64,000 nt of DNA from Nemertoderma westbladi (taxonomy: Eukaryota > Animalia > Xenacoelomorpha). How positions within the stretch are numbered: position 1 is the stretch's first letter; each line of letters starts with the position of its first letter. Location of the stretch: contig JAUCBJ010002218.1 in the NCBI GenBank assembly GCA_032718475.1, positions 6,436 through 70,435 of the forward strand, read 5' to 3'. The position numbers were made by a program, and so were the translations under genes. The notes under the pieces are model-generated. The model saw nothing but the letters and a program-made list of their open reading frames with translations, was not told the DNA's origin and made no database searches. This document shows positions 62,945 through 64,000 of this stretch, in pieces.

Positions 62945-64000
62945 CTACTACTACTATTACTACTACTACTATTGGCATGCTACATTGCAGCTGCATTATA
63001 TATATTACATATATATTTAGAATGCTGTGCCGGCTTGTCGACAAAATTGCGTTGCCACAACTCTCTGGCACCCATGACAATTGCTATATCATCCTCCGCA
63101 TCTTCAAGGCCAGTGTCCTTTAAGATGAGTCTCAAGAAAGTCATGGGTTGTCCACCATGCTTATTCACTCCATGAGGCTGCCAAAGTACAAGATTATGCA
63201 CTGGCTGTTCCTCACAGTGAAAGCAATGTCCTGCAAGGCTGAGGCGGTTCCGTTAAAGTGGCAAGCTAGAGGAGACTGATGAAACAGCTCCAATGTTGTA
63301 TAGATTCTGATTGGAGATGTCTTCATTGTACTTGACACAATAAACCCGGCGCAGCATTCTTGAGAAGGTGCCATCCAGAGATTTGGTATCCTCTGCAGTT
63401 AGAGCCCAGCATGGACTCCCATGGAACTACTGCTGCCAGAAATAATCGAACCTTGAGGTACCGTTTTATTATGTGGGACTTACAAATCCTGGATAGTCTA
63501 TTCAATGCAGCCCATGCCTCCCCCTTACGTATCCGAAGGTCCTCACCTGACTTTCTGATCCATGATCCCAAGTAGCAGAAGTCATCCACGTGCTCAAGCA
63601 AGCCATTCCTGGAGCTTATTCCCTTACGATCAGACATTTCTTGAGGGCTGTCAAGTTTCACTGTCATAATTTTTGTCTTCTTGGAATTTACAAAAAGACA
63701 AACACTAGAAGCAACCTCGTCCAATGAGCAGAGAAGCCTTTGGGCTGCCTCTAGTGATTCTGACAGTATCCCTATATCATCAGTAAAGTCTATATCAGTT
63801 AGGTACTTTGCTGGATTTCCTCCACTTATTGTGCCAGTAGGGGGTACCATCATCCCATTTTAATAATTTAATTTTTATGGTCTAAGGACATGCGTAGAAC
63901 ACAATCAACCACAATTAAGAATTAGAATGGTGCAGGTGTGTAACCCTGAAGGATTCCGCATAAGAGTTCGAATGGATCTGTGTCACCATCAGCAGTAGAC
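62945..64000 (-). mobile_element. RTE-type LINE, degraded 3' part running off the window end
   Basis: YLTDIDFTDDIGIL, DDFCYLGSWIRKS; (TAG)n tail seen as ctactacta at ~62945-62970. Confidence 0.9.

Overview
AT-rich, repeat-dense, intron-containing eukaryotic (probably invertebrate animal) DNA, not prokaryotic. Two host genes can be reconstructed on the + strand with GT-AG introns and consistent phases: the last six coding exons of a Piwi-clade Argonaute (2438-21722, DEDH slicer residues intact) and a complete six-exon short/branched-chain acyl-CoA dehydrogenase (ACADSB-like, 54897-61153, about 420 aa), preceded by an unexplained 94-aa ORF. Between them lie a G-rich minisatellite, a decayed RTE-type LINE split by a block of exactly eight 5S rDNA units, and a Mutator-like TIR element containing a 12.5-kb non-autonomous BEL/Pao LTR element (Gag-protease, no RT or integrase, extra 3' ORF). 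The introns hold minisatellites, foldback/MITE elements, a solo LTR and an inverted tRNA-like pair. The most unusual signals are (i) minisatellites built from the genes' own exon-intron junctions, giving about 50 and about 31 tandem copies of the 5' splice site in Piwi and ACADSB, and (ii) whole-unit integration of 5S rDNA into a LINE at a GCAGT microhomology. All coordinates and copy numbers were read by eye; family assignments rest on recognised motifs, not database searches.
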